Origin: an uncultured archaeon
GTDB lineage: Archaea; Thermoproteota; Bathyarchaeia; Bathyarchaeales; Bathycorpusculaceae
NCBI GenBank assembly: GCA_963782915.1
Contig: CAWALK010000001.1
Coordinates: forward strand, 64,001-128,000
Direction: 5' to 3'
DNA: 64,000 bases
The translations under genes were made by a program, and so were the position numbers. This document shows positions 10,801 through 21,028 of the stretch, piece by piece. The notes beneath the pieces are model-generated. The model was not told where the DNA came from, searched no databases, and saw only the letters and a program-made list of their open reading frames with translations. How positions within the stretch are numbered: position 1 is the first letter of the stretch; the number at the start of each line of letters is the position of its first letter.

Positions 10801-13525
10801 TTCAAGAGAAATATGGCAGCCGCTTCCAAGAGTTAGAAACTAACTGGCAAGACATCGTGTCCGTGCTTGAATGGGTACAGACATGTGCAGGGCGCATTTC
10901 GGCGATATTCCTGTGCCTGAAGCTTACGCTGAAATTGCAGCAAAAGGACCCAGTGCAGCACCATCAAACACTGAGTTGGTTGCCAAACGTGACGCCTCAC
11001 TAAAGGTGCTGGCAGATTTCGCTAAGCGCTTTGACTCTGAGATGCGTTATCAAAACCAGAAGCTCACAGACTGTGAAGTCAAAGTAATCGAAGAACGCAT
11101 AAAAGCCCTACGCGACCGCGTGGACGACTTGCAAGTTTGGATTGACTACAAAGACGCCAAAAACCGCTTTGCACTACGAGGACTTAGACCCATTCTTCAG
11201 GCGCTTGGTAGAGCAGAAGATGCCGGCAGCCGATTTGGTGCCGGTTTTCCGCAAGAGCGTTTATCAGGAATGGATAAACAACCTTTACAACGAAGACCAA
11301 AAACTCGGCAGATTCCGCCGCGAAAACCATGAACAACTAATCACAGACTTCAAGAAGCTTGACCAAGAACTAATCCGCCTCACATCAGGCATGGTAATTG
11401 ACGCCGCCAACGGACAGAAAACCACAAGACATCCTCATCCAAGCCGCAGACACCGAAGCCAGCATACTCTCCAAAGAAGCAGCCAAAAAACGCCGCCTAA
11501 TGCCCATACGCACCTTAATGCAGAAAATCCCCAACTTACTGGTCAAACTAAAACCCTGCCTACTCATGAGCCCAATCTCCGTCAGCCAATTCCTGCCTCC
11601 AGAAATGAAGTTTGACTTAGTCCTCTTCGACGAAGCCTCACAACTGGTCCCAGAAGACGCCATAGGCGCCATCTACCGAGGAAAAACCATCGTAGTCGCA
11701 GGCGACAACAAACAGCTACCGCCAACCTCATTCTTCCAGAAGAACCTGCTTGACGACACCGACTGGGATGAACTCAACGACGAGGACATCGAAGTCTTCG
11801 ACAGCATCCTCGATGAATGCTTAGGCATTGGGTTACCAGTAAAAACGTTGAAGTGGCACTACCGAAGCAGGCATGAAGGCTTAATCGCCTTTTCGAATCA
11901 ACGCTTCTACGACGGCGCCATGATAACTTTCCCCGCAGCAAAGGCAGAAACCGAGAACTTAGGCGTTAAACTCGTCCATGTAGCCGACGGTGTCTATGAC
12001 CGCGGCGGCAAACGAGACAACCCCATCGAAGCCCAAAAAGTCGCCGACTTAGTCTTTGAACACTTCAAAAACTACCCCAAGAAAACCCTCGGAGTAGTCA
12101 CCTTTAGCATTGCACAGATGGATGCCGTACAAGAAGCAATCGACCAACGCCTCGAAACACAGCCAGAATTTGCCCCGTTCTTCAAGGAAGACCGCATCGA
12201 CGGCTTCTTCATCAAAAACCTCGAAAACGTGCAGGGAGACGAACGCGACGTCATATTCTTCAGCGTCGGCTACGGATACGACCAAAACAAACAAATCACC
12301 ATGAACTTTGGTCCACTCAACAAACCCGGCGGTGAACGCAGATTAAACGTGGCAGTTACCCGCGCCCGAGAAAAAGTCGCCCTAATCACCTCCATAAAGG
12401 GCTCAGATGTTGACCCAGACACCCAAGCACTCGGCGTCCAAACCCTACGGACATATCTTGACTATGCTGAACATGGCACAGATTACCTTAAAAGCGGTAA
12501 ATGCAAAGAAGGCACCTTCGACTCAGCGCTCGACGAAGACGTCGCCAACGAAATCAAAAAACTCGGCTACCAAATCATCCCCGAAGTCGGCTGCAGCGGC
12601 TACAAAATCGACATAGGCGTCGTAGACCCAGTTAACAAAGGCTGCTACATCTTGGGTGTAGAATGCGACGGCGCAACCTACCAATCAAGCAGTAGCGCAC
12701 GCGACCGGGATCGTCTGCGCGAACAAGTGCTTAAGCAGCTGGGTTGGCGTGTGCACCGCATCTGGGCACCCGCTTGGGTTGCAAGACGCGACAGCGAAAT
12801 CCGCCGCTTACAAGAAGCCCTCGAACAAGCCAGCAAACAGCAAATCGAAAAAGACTCCCAAAAACCCGCCACTGCACCCATCACTGATGTGCAAAAGAAC
12901 AACTTTGGCGGCATCGAAAAACTAGCCGTACCATACAAAATCTACCCCCTAAAAGCCACCTACAACCCCTACATCAAAGTAGCAAACGGCAAATCAACCG
13001 TTGACTCTAAAACCAAAAACGAATTCCATTTCCCAGAAAACCGCGAAAACCAAACCAAAATGCTTATCGGACCTCATAGCTAACGAAGGCCCCGTACACT
13101 TTGACTATGCCGTTGAACGCTTAGCCGCAACATGGAACATAAAACAGTCTACACCAAAAATTTCGCATGCAGTCAAAGAAGCCCTAAACAAACTCATCCG
13201 CGAACAAAAAGTAACCCTCAAAGGCAGCTTCCTATGGCCAACTGGACTCAAAGAAACCCCCATTCGCATCCCAATGCAAGGCATGCCTGAATCCAAACGC
13301 AAAGCACAATACATTGCACCCGAAGAAGTAGAATCTGCCATGAAACTAGTCGCGCAATATGCACTGGGCATAAGTGAAGAGTCAATGATTGCTGAAACCG
13401 CTAAAGTCTTCGGCATAAACCACTCCGGCGAAGATGCAAAAGTTGTGTTCTCTGAAGTGCTCAAGCGGCTGATAAGAGAGCGAAAACTCGTCTGTAGAGA
13501 CGACGGCGTAATCACCGCCGCCTAA
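7802..13525 (+). CDS. DUF4011 - SF1 helicase - Vsr-like nuclease - DUF3320 protein (Hhe-like defence), split by about 6 indels
   Basis: Motifs W...LIDLS.KN.LL (DUF4011), GPPGTGKSQTI, KPCLLMSP.SVS, FDEASQ, GDNKQLPP, HYRS, NVQGDERD, RRLNVAVTRA, IDIGV..LGVECDG..Y..RDR. Confidence 0.85.
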
Positions 13526-13532
13526 TTCTCTT

Positions 13533-14213
13533 TTAGTTTTTGTCTAATTTTTTTATTAAAACCGGCAAATCAACTAATGAAGTTATCAAGTAGTTTGCGC
13601 CGTGTACCGTGAGCTGTTTCTGTGTTGCGATGCCTGTTGGTAATCCGACTGCGATGGCTTTTAGGTCTTTGGCACTCTGCATATCCGCGATGCTGTCGCC
13701 GACGATGACGGTGGTGGCGGATGTTGCGCCTAAAGTTTTTAGCGCCAACTCATACTGCTCCGTATCCGGTTTAACATGTTTTACTTTGTCTCGGGGAACC
13801 ACAACTTGGAAGTAATCGAAAATTCTGAAGCGCTGCAGGATATAGCTGGCGGCTGTTTCGCTACTGGTAGTGCATAACCCCAGTTTTAACTTCATCCTTT
13901 TAAGTTCTTTGAGCGTCTCAACTGCGCCTGATTGAAGGCTTGTGACAACGGCTGCTTCCATCTCATATTTTTCTGCGATGGCTAAGCTATGCGAGCGGGC
14001 TTCGTTGAAGGCTTGGGCTGGTTTGCCGCTGTTCTGGAAGAAAATCTCTGTTTTCTGCATCATGTCAAAGATGCTTTCGTTAACGCTTAGAACGGATGCG
14101 GGAACGCCTATGTGTATTAGGTATTCTTTGACTTCGCCTCGTAGTGCCTTGTAGTCTAGGTTGAATGCTGCGAGTGTTCCGTCTAAATCGAATATAACTG
14201 CTTCAATCGGCAT
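13533..14213 (-). CDS. HAD-family hydrolase (phosphoglycolate phosphatase-like)
   Basis: Motifs FDLDGTL, KP, VGDS..D. Confidence 0.88.
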   Translation of the reverse strand: MPIEAVIFDLDGTLAAFNLDYKALRGEVKEYLIHIGVPASVLSVNESIFDMMQKTEIFFQNSGKPAQAFNEARSHSLAIAEKYEMEAAVVTSLQSGAVETLKELKRMKLKLGLCTTSSETAASYILQRFRIFDYFQVVVPRDKVKHVKPDTEQYELALKTLGATSATTVIVGDSIADMQSAKDLKAIAVGLPTGIATQKQLTVHGANYLITSLVDLPVLIKKLDKN

Positions 14214-14312
14214 AACCTCTATCTCTCCTTGGTCTATGGTTTTGCAGGTTGGGGTTTACACTTCTCATGCCAAGATATACTTTGCGGTTAAACCCTCAAT
14301 TCATCCAAGAAA

Positions 14313-15368
14313 TTATTTTGGAGGGTTGTGTTCCTCACTTTCGTTGTGTTTGAGTGTAAATTGGTATTTGGTGTTTCCCTCAATCACATAGAGGTTGTCT
14401 TCAGTTTGGTTTTTCACGTGCAGTATGGGTCTAACTAGGGTTTCTGCGGCTTTAGCCAATTCCGCTATATTTGTAACTTTGATGGTGGTGGTTGCGGTGT
14501 CGGTGTTTTCGGTTGCTTCAACGATTAGATGCCGATATGGCTGAAGAAGCTTCTCAGAAGACGGTGTAGCTGGGGTGACGAGTTTTTGTTTTTTAAAAGT
14601 TAAAGCCATATAACCTAAACCAACCAAAGAACCAGCGACGAGTACATAGCTTGCATATTGCTGGTTGATTACGTCTTGGTTAGCTACGGTTTGTTCTTGT
14701 GTTAAGCTGCCTCTGCTTGTCTGCGTGAGAGGTTCAATTTGGATTATGTCTCCTTGAGCTGTGTGGGTGGCGTTGACTATTAGGGTAGGCTGGAAAATTT
14801 GGTGGATGGCGCCCGTGGTTGTTTTAGCTTCAATTTGGATGGTCGGTGTAATTTCTAGGACATAGTATGGTTGTGAACTTGAAAAATAGTTGCCTGAGCT
14901 TACCCCTGTCTCAGTATCTATCTGTGATTTGGTCTGCTCGATTTCTTGCCGAATAAAACTGGGGATACTCACCTCAATAGTGGTGGAGTCGGTTGTTGTT
15001 GGTTGGGTTGAATATAAGGGATGTTGCCAAGCATCAGTCTTCAGTACACCTTCTAAATTGTAGGTAATGGTTGGTGAGGCAGATGTGGTTGAGTTGAAGC
15101 TGTACGTTAAGGCGAAATCTATTTTGTCCGTTAACTTCGTGTATACGGCACCATCCAGTGGCTTAAGCGTCTCTTTATCGCCATAAACAGTGCTTACTTT
15201 AACGTATGCAGTATAATCAAAACTGGCGGCGCTTGTGTAGGTGCCCACCGTTTTAGTTATTCTCTCTATAGATGGGGCTTGCTGGAGAGAAACAACCGTT
15301 ACCGCAGCAACAAGCGTTAACACTACAAAAAAGGTTGTTAACCAAAAGTTACGTTGTGGAAGCTTCAT
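14313..15368 (-). CDS. DUF5305-like membrane-anchored protein of the SipW/TasA-like operon
   Basis: N-terminal TM, Thr-rich extracellular part, second TM, C-terminal V....EL...AE....PILH...Y. Confidence 0.65.
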   Translation of the reverse strand: MKLPQRNFWLTTFFVVLTLVAAVTVVSLQQAPSIERITKTVGTYTSAASFDYTAYVKVSTVYGDKETLKPLDGAVYTKLTDKIDFALTYSFNSTTSASPTITYNLEGVLKTDAWQHPLYSTQPTTTDSTTIEVSIPSFIRQEIEQTKSQIDTETGVSSGNYFSSSQPYYVLEITPTIQIEAKTTTGAIHQIFQPTLIVNATHTAQGDIIQIEPLTQTSRGSLTQEQTVANQDVINQQYASYVLVAGSLVGLGYMALTFKKQKLVTPATPSSEKLLQPYRHLIVEATENTDTATTTIKVTNIAELAKAAETLVRPILHVKNQTEDNLYVIEGNTKYQFTLKHNESEEHNPPK

Positions 15369-15474
15369 TTTCTCCTTAACTCCACATAATATTTAGCGCT
15401 TTCTTCTGCCTTAATAGCTTTTTGCATAAAATTTCACCAGTTAATATAATCTTATTTTTGGGTTGCAATATTTT

Positions 15475-15921
15475 TTACTTCAAAACTGTATTGACGATTT
15501 TCTTGGGCAGCCACAAGAACATGCACTGTTGTTGTGCCCTGTATGGTGTTTCCCGGCTGCAGAACGTGCCTCTGTGGTTGGTAGAGGTGACTTCAAGAGC
15601 CCAAGGTGCGGGGTTACTTATTGTTGGCGCATAGAATTGGACAGCTCGGTTGCCCGTATTCTTTATAGTATATTTTATTGCGGCTTGATAGTTTGGGTAA
15701 GCGTTTGTGATTTTGACGTTTATTGTGTTGTGGTCGGGTGTTATCTGGGCTTTTATGGTGGCTGTGTTGTGTATTTGCTCATTATCTTGAACGGATACTG
15801 CGACGAATTCGATGTTGAGACATTGGGGCTGCGGGTTTATGGTTTGGCAGGCATAGGAAAAACTTGTTGTTAGAGAGGCAACAAAAAATATTGTTATGAG
15901 TGTTAAAATTTTTGTTTTCAT
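15475..15921 (-). CDS. Secreted TasA/CalY-like minor subunit (C-terminus probably frameshifted)
   Basis: Signal peptide MKTKI...SYA; NAYPNY...YTIKNTG motif paralogous to 17329-17853. Confidence 0.55.
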   Translation of the reverse strand: MKTKILTLITIFFVASLTTSFSYACQTINPQPQCLNIEFVAVSVQDNEQIHNTATIKAQITPDHNTINVKITNAYPNYQAAIKYTIKNTGNRAVQFYAPTISNPAPWALEVTSTNHRGTFCSRETPYRAQQQCMFLWLPKKIVNTVLK

Positions 15922-17231
15922 GGTTCACTTTTTCTCCAGCCTTTAATATTCAACGTAACCGCAACTGCGAGCACAACCAAAACTAACGGAGCAGTCAAAT
16001 AGACGCCGCTCGAAGTCAACCAACCAAATCCCGCCGATAAAGCCTGAGGTAACATCAACGTCACATTATACAGGATTGCACCAGCATTTTTTAGCCAAAT
16101 ACTCACCCAACCCAACATGGGAATATTGAAGGCCTCTTTACCAATCACTTGAGCTTCACCCACGGGGTTCGGATCAGCAGCGCCGTTGGCATCCCCTTTA
16201 GTAACAAAAAACGTTTGCCCCCCTTCACTGTACTTATCGATTACACGATGAATAACAGGTTCATTTGCCCCACGATACTGAACAATATCCCCAACCTGAA
16301 TGTCAGCGGGTTTGCAGTGCACAACAATCGCCATGTCACCAACGTTCAAGTTAGGCTGCATGCTTCCGCTGGCAACTACGCTGGGCTGAAAACCAAGTAA
16401 ACCACTACTACCCCACATCAAAACCAACGCCACCAAAGCAATGCCTATCCAGCCAAACGGAAACTTTTCTCTCTTTTGCCGTTTTTGAGTGGCTTCTTTT
16501 ACATTTAGCAAGCCATGATGCAGTAGCTGTGCCGGTTTTGTGGTTTGGTTTATCAACATAAAACCGCAGACGGGGACAAATATGCCGACTAAGGCTTGAA
16601 TAGTCCAATCCGGATTGGGCAAGATGGGGGAGAACCACTCGAAACCCTGCAAGGTCCCCGTGTATGTTAACGATGCAAATGGACCGCCCAACAGTGCAAG
16701 TAAGGTGGCGAGTAAGCTTGAGGCGATTGTAGGCAAGAAGCTGCCACCGAAAAACTTGACGGTTTCTGCTGGTTCACCCAATCTAAGATATTGTGCTGGC
16801 AAAAACGCTATAAAAGCGAAGAGTAAAGCGACGAGGATTAAACCTAAAAACTTTCTTTGCTTTGGAAATGCTCTTATGATTTGAGCACGCGCCAGTTCTG
16901 TGCCAAGCAGCGTCGAAGCAAAAAACAAAATATTTAATGCTGAAACCCCCGAAGTATAGGGGCTCCTTCCAAAAACGGTAAAGATCGCTATGAAAACAAG
17001 TAGCATAAGCTGAGTTGTTGCCAAAATTATGGCTAATAGGGTTGTATTTTTACTGAATGACCCTTTAATCTCGGATAGTGTGTATGTTTTGATGGAGATT
17101 ACTGCTAAAATTATCCAGCAAATCGATGGAACAACATATGCCCAAATACCTGCGAAGCTGGATAGACCCAGAAATAAGTAAACGATAATTAAAGTGAAAA
17201 AAGGCAATATTGCTTTTTGAGTTTCAAGCAA
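15918..17231 (-). CDS. sipW: Signal peptidase I (SipW/S26B) fused to an N-terminal multipass membrane domain
   Basis: Motifs VVASGSMQP.L.VGD, VIHRV, TKGDAN..AD; about 260-aa hydrophobic N-terminal region. Confidence 0.8.
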   Translation of the reverse strand: MLETQKAILPFFTLIIVYLFLGLSSFAGIWAYVVPSICWIILAVISIKTYTLSEIKGSFSKNTTLLAIILATTQLMLLVFIAIFTVFGRSPYTSGVSALNILFFASTLLGTELARAQIIRAFPKQRKFLGLILVALLFAFIAFLPAQYLRLGEPAETVKFFGGSFLPTIASSLLATLLALLGGPFASLTYTGTLQGFEWFSPILPNPDWTIQALVGIFVPVCGFMLINQTTKPAQLLHHGLLNVKEATQKRQKREKFPFGWIGIALVALVLMWGSSGLLGFQPSVVASGSMQPNLNVGDMAIVVHCKPADIQVGDIVQYRGANEPVIHRVIDKYSEGGQTFFVTKGDANGAADPNPVGEAQVIGKEAFNIPMLGWVSIWLKNAGAILYNVTLMLPQALSAGFGWLTSSGVYLTAPLVLVVLAVAVTLNIKGWRKSEP

Positions 17232-17328
17232 TCCATATCACTTGAGGGTTATTATTTTTAAAAAAGAAGAGGTGGTGGCGCATTTTCTTTGAGCGCCTGA
17301 CTTTTTAAACTATTTTGGGCTCACTATT

Positions 17329-17853
17329 TTATGGTGCAATGCCGAAGCTGTAGGTATCAACGATTTGGTAGACCTTGTTTACGTCATTTAATGTTGAGTC
17401 GCCAAAGGTTATGGTCAGCGTAAATGTCTGAGAACCGCCTGCGCTAATAACGTCACCAACAGTTGGGGGGTTGCTGCCGCCGTATGCAACAGTAACATCT
17501 GAAGCTGAACCACCAATCGGTGGACTAACAATTGTGTTTACGCTGTTGATTATGGCTGGTAGTGTTCCTTCATTGTGTAGGGTGACTGCTACGGTTAATG
17601 AGTATCCTCCGAAAACATTGTTAGCGATTACTGTTACAAAGTTGTTGTCTGAGGGATTAGAGCCTGGGCCAACAGTTGGGGTAACCCATTGGCTGTTGTC
17701 GCTTTGTAGAGTGCCGCTGACTGCCATATCAAATTTACCTGTCATAGCCACCGTTGCCACGGTGTTTTGATCTGTCCATGCTGCATATGCTGTTCCCGCT
17801 ACGGCGATTGCCATAACGAAAATTGCGAATAGAGCCATTATTTTTGTTTTCAT
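17329..17853 (-). CDS. TasA/CalY-like secreted fibre subunit with SipW-cognate signal peptide
   Basis: RBS AAGGAG, then MKTKIMALFAIFVMAIAVAGTAYAAWTDQ (AYA-xW/FxD cleavage pattern); N..GY...V.LHNEGTLP. Confidence 0.7.
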   Translation of the reverse strand: MKTKIMALFAIFVMAIAVAGTAYAAWTDQNTVATVAMTGKFDMAVSGTLQSDNSQWVTPTVGPGSNPSDNNFVTVIANNVFGGYSLTVAVTLHNEGTLPAIINSVNTIVSPPIGGSASDVTVAYGGSNPPTVGDVISAGGSQTFTLTITFGDSTLNDVNKVYQIVDTYSFGIAP

Positions 17854-17914
17854 AAAATTTTGTATCTCCTTTCTTATTGTTTGGGGTTGTTTAGCGTGCG
17901 CCTCACTCGGCACG

Positions 17915-17938
17915 AGGTAAGAAAACGTTTTCTTGCCT
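17915..17938. promoter_or_regulatory. 24-bp palindrome, candidate operator
   Basis: AGGTAAGAAAAC-GTTTTCTTGCCT (1 mismatch), about 25 bp downstream of a minus-strand TTTATTAA box. Confidence 0.55.
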
Positions 17939-18099
17939 AACTTTTCTCTATTTTTGTTATTAATAAATACCAAAGGACGAGGTAGTTTGTTAAAATTAAA
18001 TAATTATTGCCAAAATTGTGTATTTTTAATCAGGTTTTGTTTTTGCTAGCCATTAACCGCTAAAATCCCTAACTAAACCCTTGCTAAACAATCAATCGC

Positions 18100-18363
18100 T
18101 CAAGTACTGGGCGATCTCAAATCAACATCAGCATAATAACTCTTCAAAAACTTCAACCCCAAAGGTGTAGTACGGTAAATTACGTTCTTTCCCTTTTTCT
18201 CTTTCGCCAACAAACCCGTTTTTAGTAGCCATTCTAAGTAATCGTTTACCCGTAAACTATTCAAATTGGCGCGGTAAACAACTCGGGTCTTGTTTTCACT
18301 ATGCAAACAAACCCTCAAGATGTCCTTGGAGATTTCAAAACCGTTGCGGCGTTTAATACCCAA
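18100..18363 (-). CDS. Winged-HTH regulator (ArnR1-like)
   Basis: Pattern RR..FEI..DIL...KT..VY.ANLN...YL..L...GLL...Y.TT..G..FL. Confidence 0.8.
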   Translation of the reverse strand: MGIKRRNGFEISKDILRVCLHSENKTRVVYRANLNSLRVNDYLEWLLKTGLLAKEKKGKNVIYRTTPLGLKFLKSYYADVDLRSPST

Positions 18364-18552
18364 ACGGCTTCCTCCAAAAAAAACTAAACAAAAAACGGCC
18401 TCCTCTTGCCCTCTAAGGGCAAACTCCCCAGTAAAACTGCCTGTATAACCATTGGTTTAAGGCAGATAAATCTTTTCATGTACACGATAAATAGTCTAAA
18501 ATTGACTAAAACGCCACAGAACAAAGGAAGCATATTTGGGTACCACCCAAGG

Positions 18553-19524
18553 CTATTTTTTAATAACCACTTTGAGCGCTTTCTCAGCCGGATTATCCAT
18601 TGTTTCAAGGGCTTTCTCGAATTCTTCAAACTTAAATCGATGGGTTATAAGCTCCCGCACATCAACCAGACGCCTTGCAATCAACTCAACCGCAGCTGGA
18701 TACTCAACAGGTGAAATATACATCGTAAAAAATTGTGCTTCATCAGCATCTTCCAAATTCAAGTAGCCTTTGGATTCGCCGATGAGCGCTACTTTGCCGG
18801 CTTTGCGGACAAGAAACGGCGTCTGTTCCACTGTCTGGATGGTTCCAGCGGCTTCTATGACAAAGTCTGAGCCCATTTTGGTTAGTTTGCGGACAGTTTT
18901 TGGTACGTCCTCTTTTTTGGCGTTTATCACTGCATCTGCCCCATACTTCTCCGAAAGCTCCAACCTGTAATCTTCCACGTCTACAGCTATGACTCGGCAG
19001 CCCTTCATCAATGCAACCTGCGTCATCAGCAACCCAATAGCGCCCTGCCCAACAACCGTGACCCAATCGCCTAAATTAGGTTTCAAATGATTAAGCACCC
19101 GAAGCGCCAAAGCAACCGGCTCCACAACCGCCGCTTCCTCATCACTCACACTATCGGGTACAGGAATCAGGCTCCGGGGCAGCATCGCTTTGGATTCAGC
19201 AAAAAAGCCATCTCGCGTTAAACCATAAAATTTGCCCCTAATGCAGTAAGTCGGCAATCCCCGTAGGCAATAGTAGCAGTGCCCACAATTCACCACGGGA
19301 ACCATAACTACGCGTTCGCCGGTGTCTTCGCGGATTCCGCAGGCGTCATGTCCGATGATTCTGCCTTTTTTCATCCATTTCCAGTCGCCACGGTAAAGAT
19401 GCATGTCTGTGCCGCAGATGCTTCCAGCCTTAAAATTGACAGGCACCCTGTTTCCTTTGACTTCTGGTTCGGGGACTTCTTCGATTTTAATATGGTGTGC
19501 TCCTCGATAGATGGCGGCTTTCAA
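18553..19524 (-). CDS. Zn-dependent medium-chain dehydrogenase (threonine/sorbitol dehydrogenase-like)
   Basis: Motifs ICGTDMH, GHD, CGHCYYC...C, EP, VVGQGAIG. Confidence 0.88.
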   Translation of the reverse strand: MKAAIYRGAHHIKIEEVPEPEVKGNRVPVNFKAGSICGTDMHLYRGDWKWMKKGRIIGHDACGIREDTGERVVMVPVVNCGHCYYCLRGLPTYCIRGKFYGLTRDGFFAESKAMLPRSLIPVPDSVSDEEAAVVEPVALALRVLNHLKPNLGDWVTVVGQGAIGLLMTQVALMKGCRVIAVDVEDYRLELSEKYGADAVINAKKEDVPKTVRKLTKMGSDFVIEAAGTIQTVEQTPFLVRKAGKVALIGESKGYLNLEDADEAQFFTMYISPVEYPAAVELIARRLVDVRELITHRFKFEEFEKALETMDNPAEKALKVVIKK

Positions 19525-19619
19525 AAATATCCCTAATAGTTAGGCTGTGATGGGCGGATTTATGTTTACTGTTTTTATCCAAGTTCCACCCTAATAGGCA
19601 AGTTGCGGGATGAAGTGTT

Positions 19620-19857
19620 ATGAATTTAGATGACTACTCTAAAGAAAAACTCTACCAATTGCTGGTGGAAGCTGTTCATGCCTCCGTTATGTATCCAACC
19701 CATAAAGCTTACACCCGCGACACAATTTTACCCTCAAAAGGCGATGTTTCGGCGGTTGAGCTTGCAGAAAGGCTTGGGTATGCCGCTTGGGGAAGCATTG
19801 GTTATTCTCGAAGAGTTGGCAGAAGCAAAAAAAGCCCAAGCTGCTCAACCTAAATAA
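19620..19857 (+). CDS. Small hypothetical HTH-like protein (split by an indel)
   Basis: Joined frames read ...SAVELAERLGMPLGEALVILEEL. Confidence 0.55.
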
Positions 19858-19882
19858 TGCCTGCTGTTAGCAGAAAGTCTCA

Positions 19883-19997
19883 CAACCGGCATGCAACAAA
19901 AATCAGACGCAGCCACCAAAAAGTAAGCTTTAGCCGTTTCTGTTGGTTGTTGTTGTGTATAGGGTTTTTTCGGCAACAACACACTGTAGTAAAAACG
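19883..19997 (+). repeat. Dispersed repeat family B, copy 1
   Basis: CAACC..TGCAAC..CAGACG..CACCAAAA, then TTGGTTGTTGTTGTGTATAGGG (22/22 identical to 55714-55735), then CAACAAC. Confidence 0.75.
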
Positions 19998-20061
19998 CTC
20001 AAGCTAGATTAACAATTGATTTATAAAATAAAGTTAAATTAAGAAAAGAAGAAGTGATTGC

Positions 20062-20631
20062 TTATTCGACCACATAACGATATGTTATGTGTTCGCCTGC
20101 AGTCTGGCTTTTCCTCGTAATTTTAAGGACATCGCCGGGTTGTGCACCGATGGCTTTGACTGCTGGATCACCTGATTTAATCTGCGGCATCTGATATGGC
20201 TTAACTTTGAATTCCGATAGTAGAGTGTTCTTTTCTTTCTCGTTCAGAATTTCGTGGAATGGAACGAGTGCATGCTCGAATATGTCAAACACTGGGAACG
20301 ATTTTGGAAGCAACTCTACATTCTTCTTTTTTGCGCCCAATTTGACTGCGTGGGTATATCGTCCTTCTGTGACAACGATGGCGCGTTCCATCTCTTTTTC
20401 CTTCATAACCTTGTAGAGAGTGTTCATGGCTGCAATGCCGACGGTGGCTTCTCCAAGGATACACCAAACTATGGCTTGTTCCTTGTCTTGTGGAATGTCG
20501 ATGATGTAGGCATAGGCGCCTTCATACTTCTGTTTTTCTACAAGTTTATATTTTCTTAGTTTGATGAGGACTTCAGCTTTTCGTTCCTCAATTGTTAGTT
20601 TTATAGTAGTACTCAAACCACAAACCCTCAA
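20062..20631 (-). CDS. rpo5: RNA polymerase subunit Rpo5/H with an N-terminal extra domain
   Basis: C-terminal H.LVP.HEIL, PQIKSGDP, GDVLKITRKS.TAG..ITYRYVV, plus about 110 aa N-terminal domain. Confidence 0.92.
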   Translation of the reverse strand: MRVCGLSTTIKLTIEERKAEVLIKLRKYKLVEKQKYEGAYAYIIDIPQDKEQAIVWCILGEATVGIAAMNTLYKVMKEKEMERAIVVTEGRYTHAVKLGAKKKNVELLPKSFPVFDIFEHALVPFHEILNEKEKNTLLSEFKVKPYQMPQIKSGDPAVKAIGAQPGDVLKITRKSQTAGEHITYRYVVE

Positions 20632-20781
20632 AGATAGAATACTCGGAACCTAAAAGAAACATTTGCCCTTAAACTTTTCTCTTTAAAAAAGGGGTGAAGA
20701 TAAAGAAAACTGCCTAAACAGCGGTTTTTAGGCTAATCGCTATTGTTTACGGTTTTATGTAAGAGAATTTGGTTTGTGGCT

Positions 20782-20970
20782 TTAGATGTCTTCTTCGTCG
20801 GTTTCGTTTAGTTTATGCTTCATGTGACCAATCTTTTCTTCGGCTTTACCCTCGGTTTTCTCCAGCTTGCCCTTCGCTTGCATCTTTCGATTATCTGTTA
20901 ATATGCCTGCCGCTTCACGGAGTTCTCCTTTAACCTGTTTAGCTGCACCTTTTTCTTCTTCGTGAGACAT
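20782..20970 (-). CDS. CsbD-like stress protein
   Basis: KG..KQVKG.L.EA.G.LTDN..MQA.GK.EK..GK pattern. Confidence 0.8.
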   Translation of the reverse strand: MSHEEEKGAAKQVKGELREAAGILTDNRKMQAKGKLEKTEGKAEEKIGHMKHKLNETDEEDI

Positions 20971-21028
20971 ACCCAAGATATGTCCTTGCAGATATAGAAA
21001 AATAATGGCAACAAAGCCCGTCATGCAG

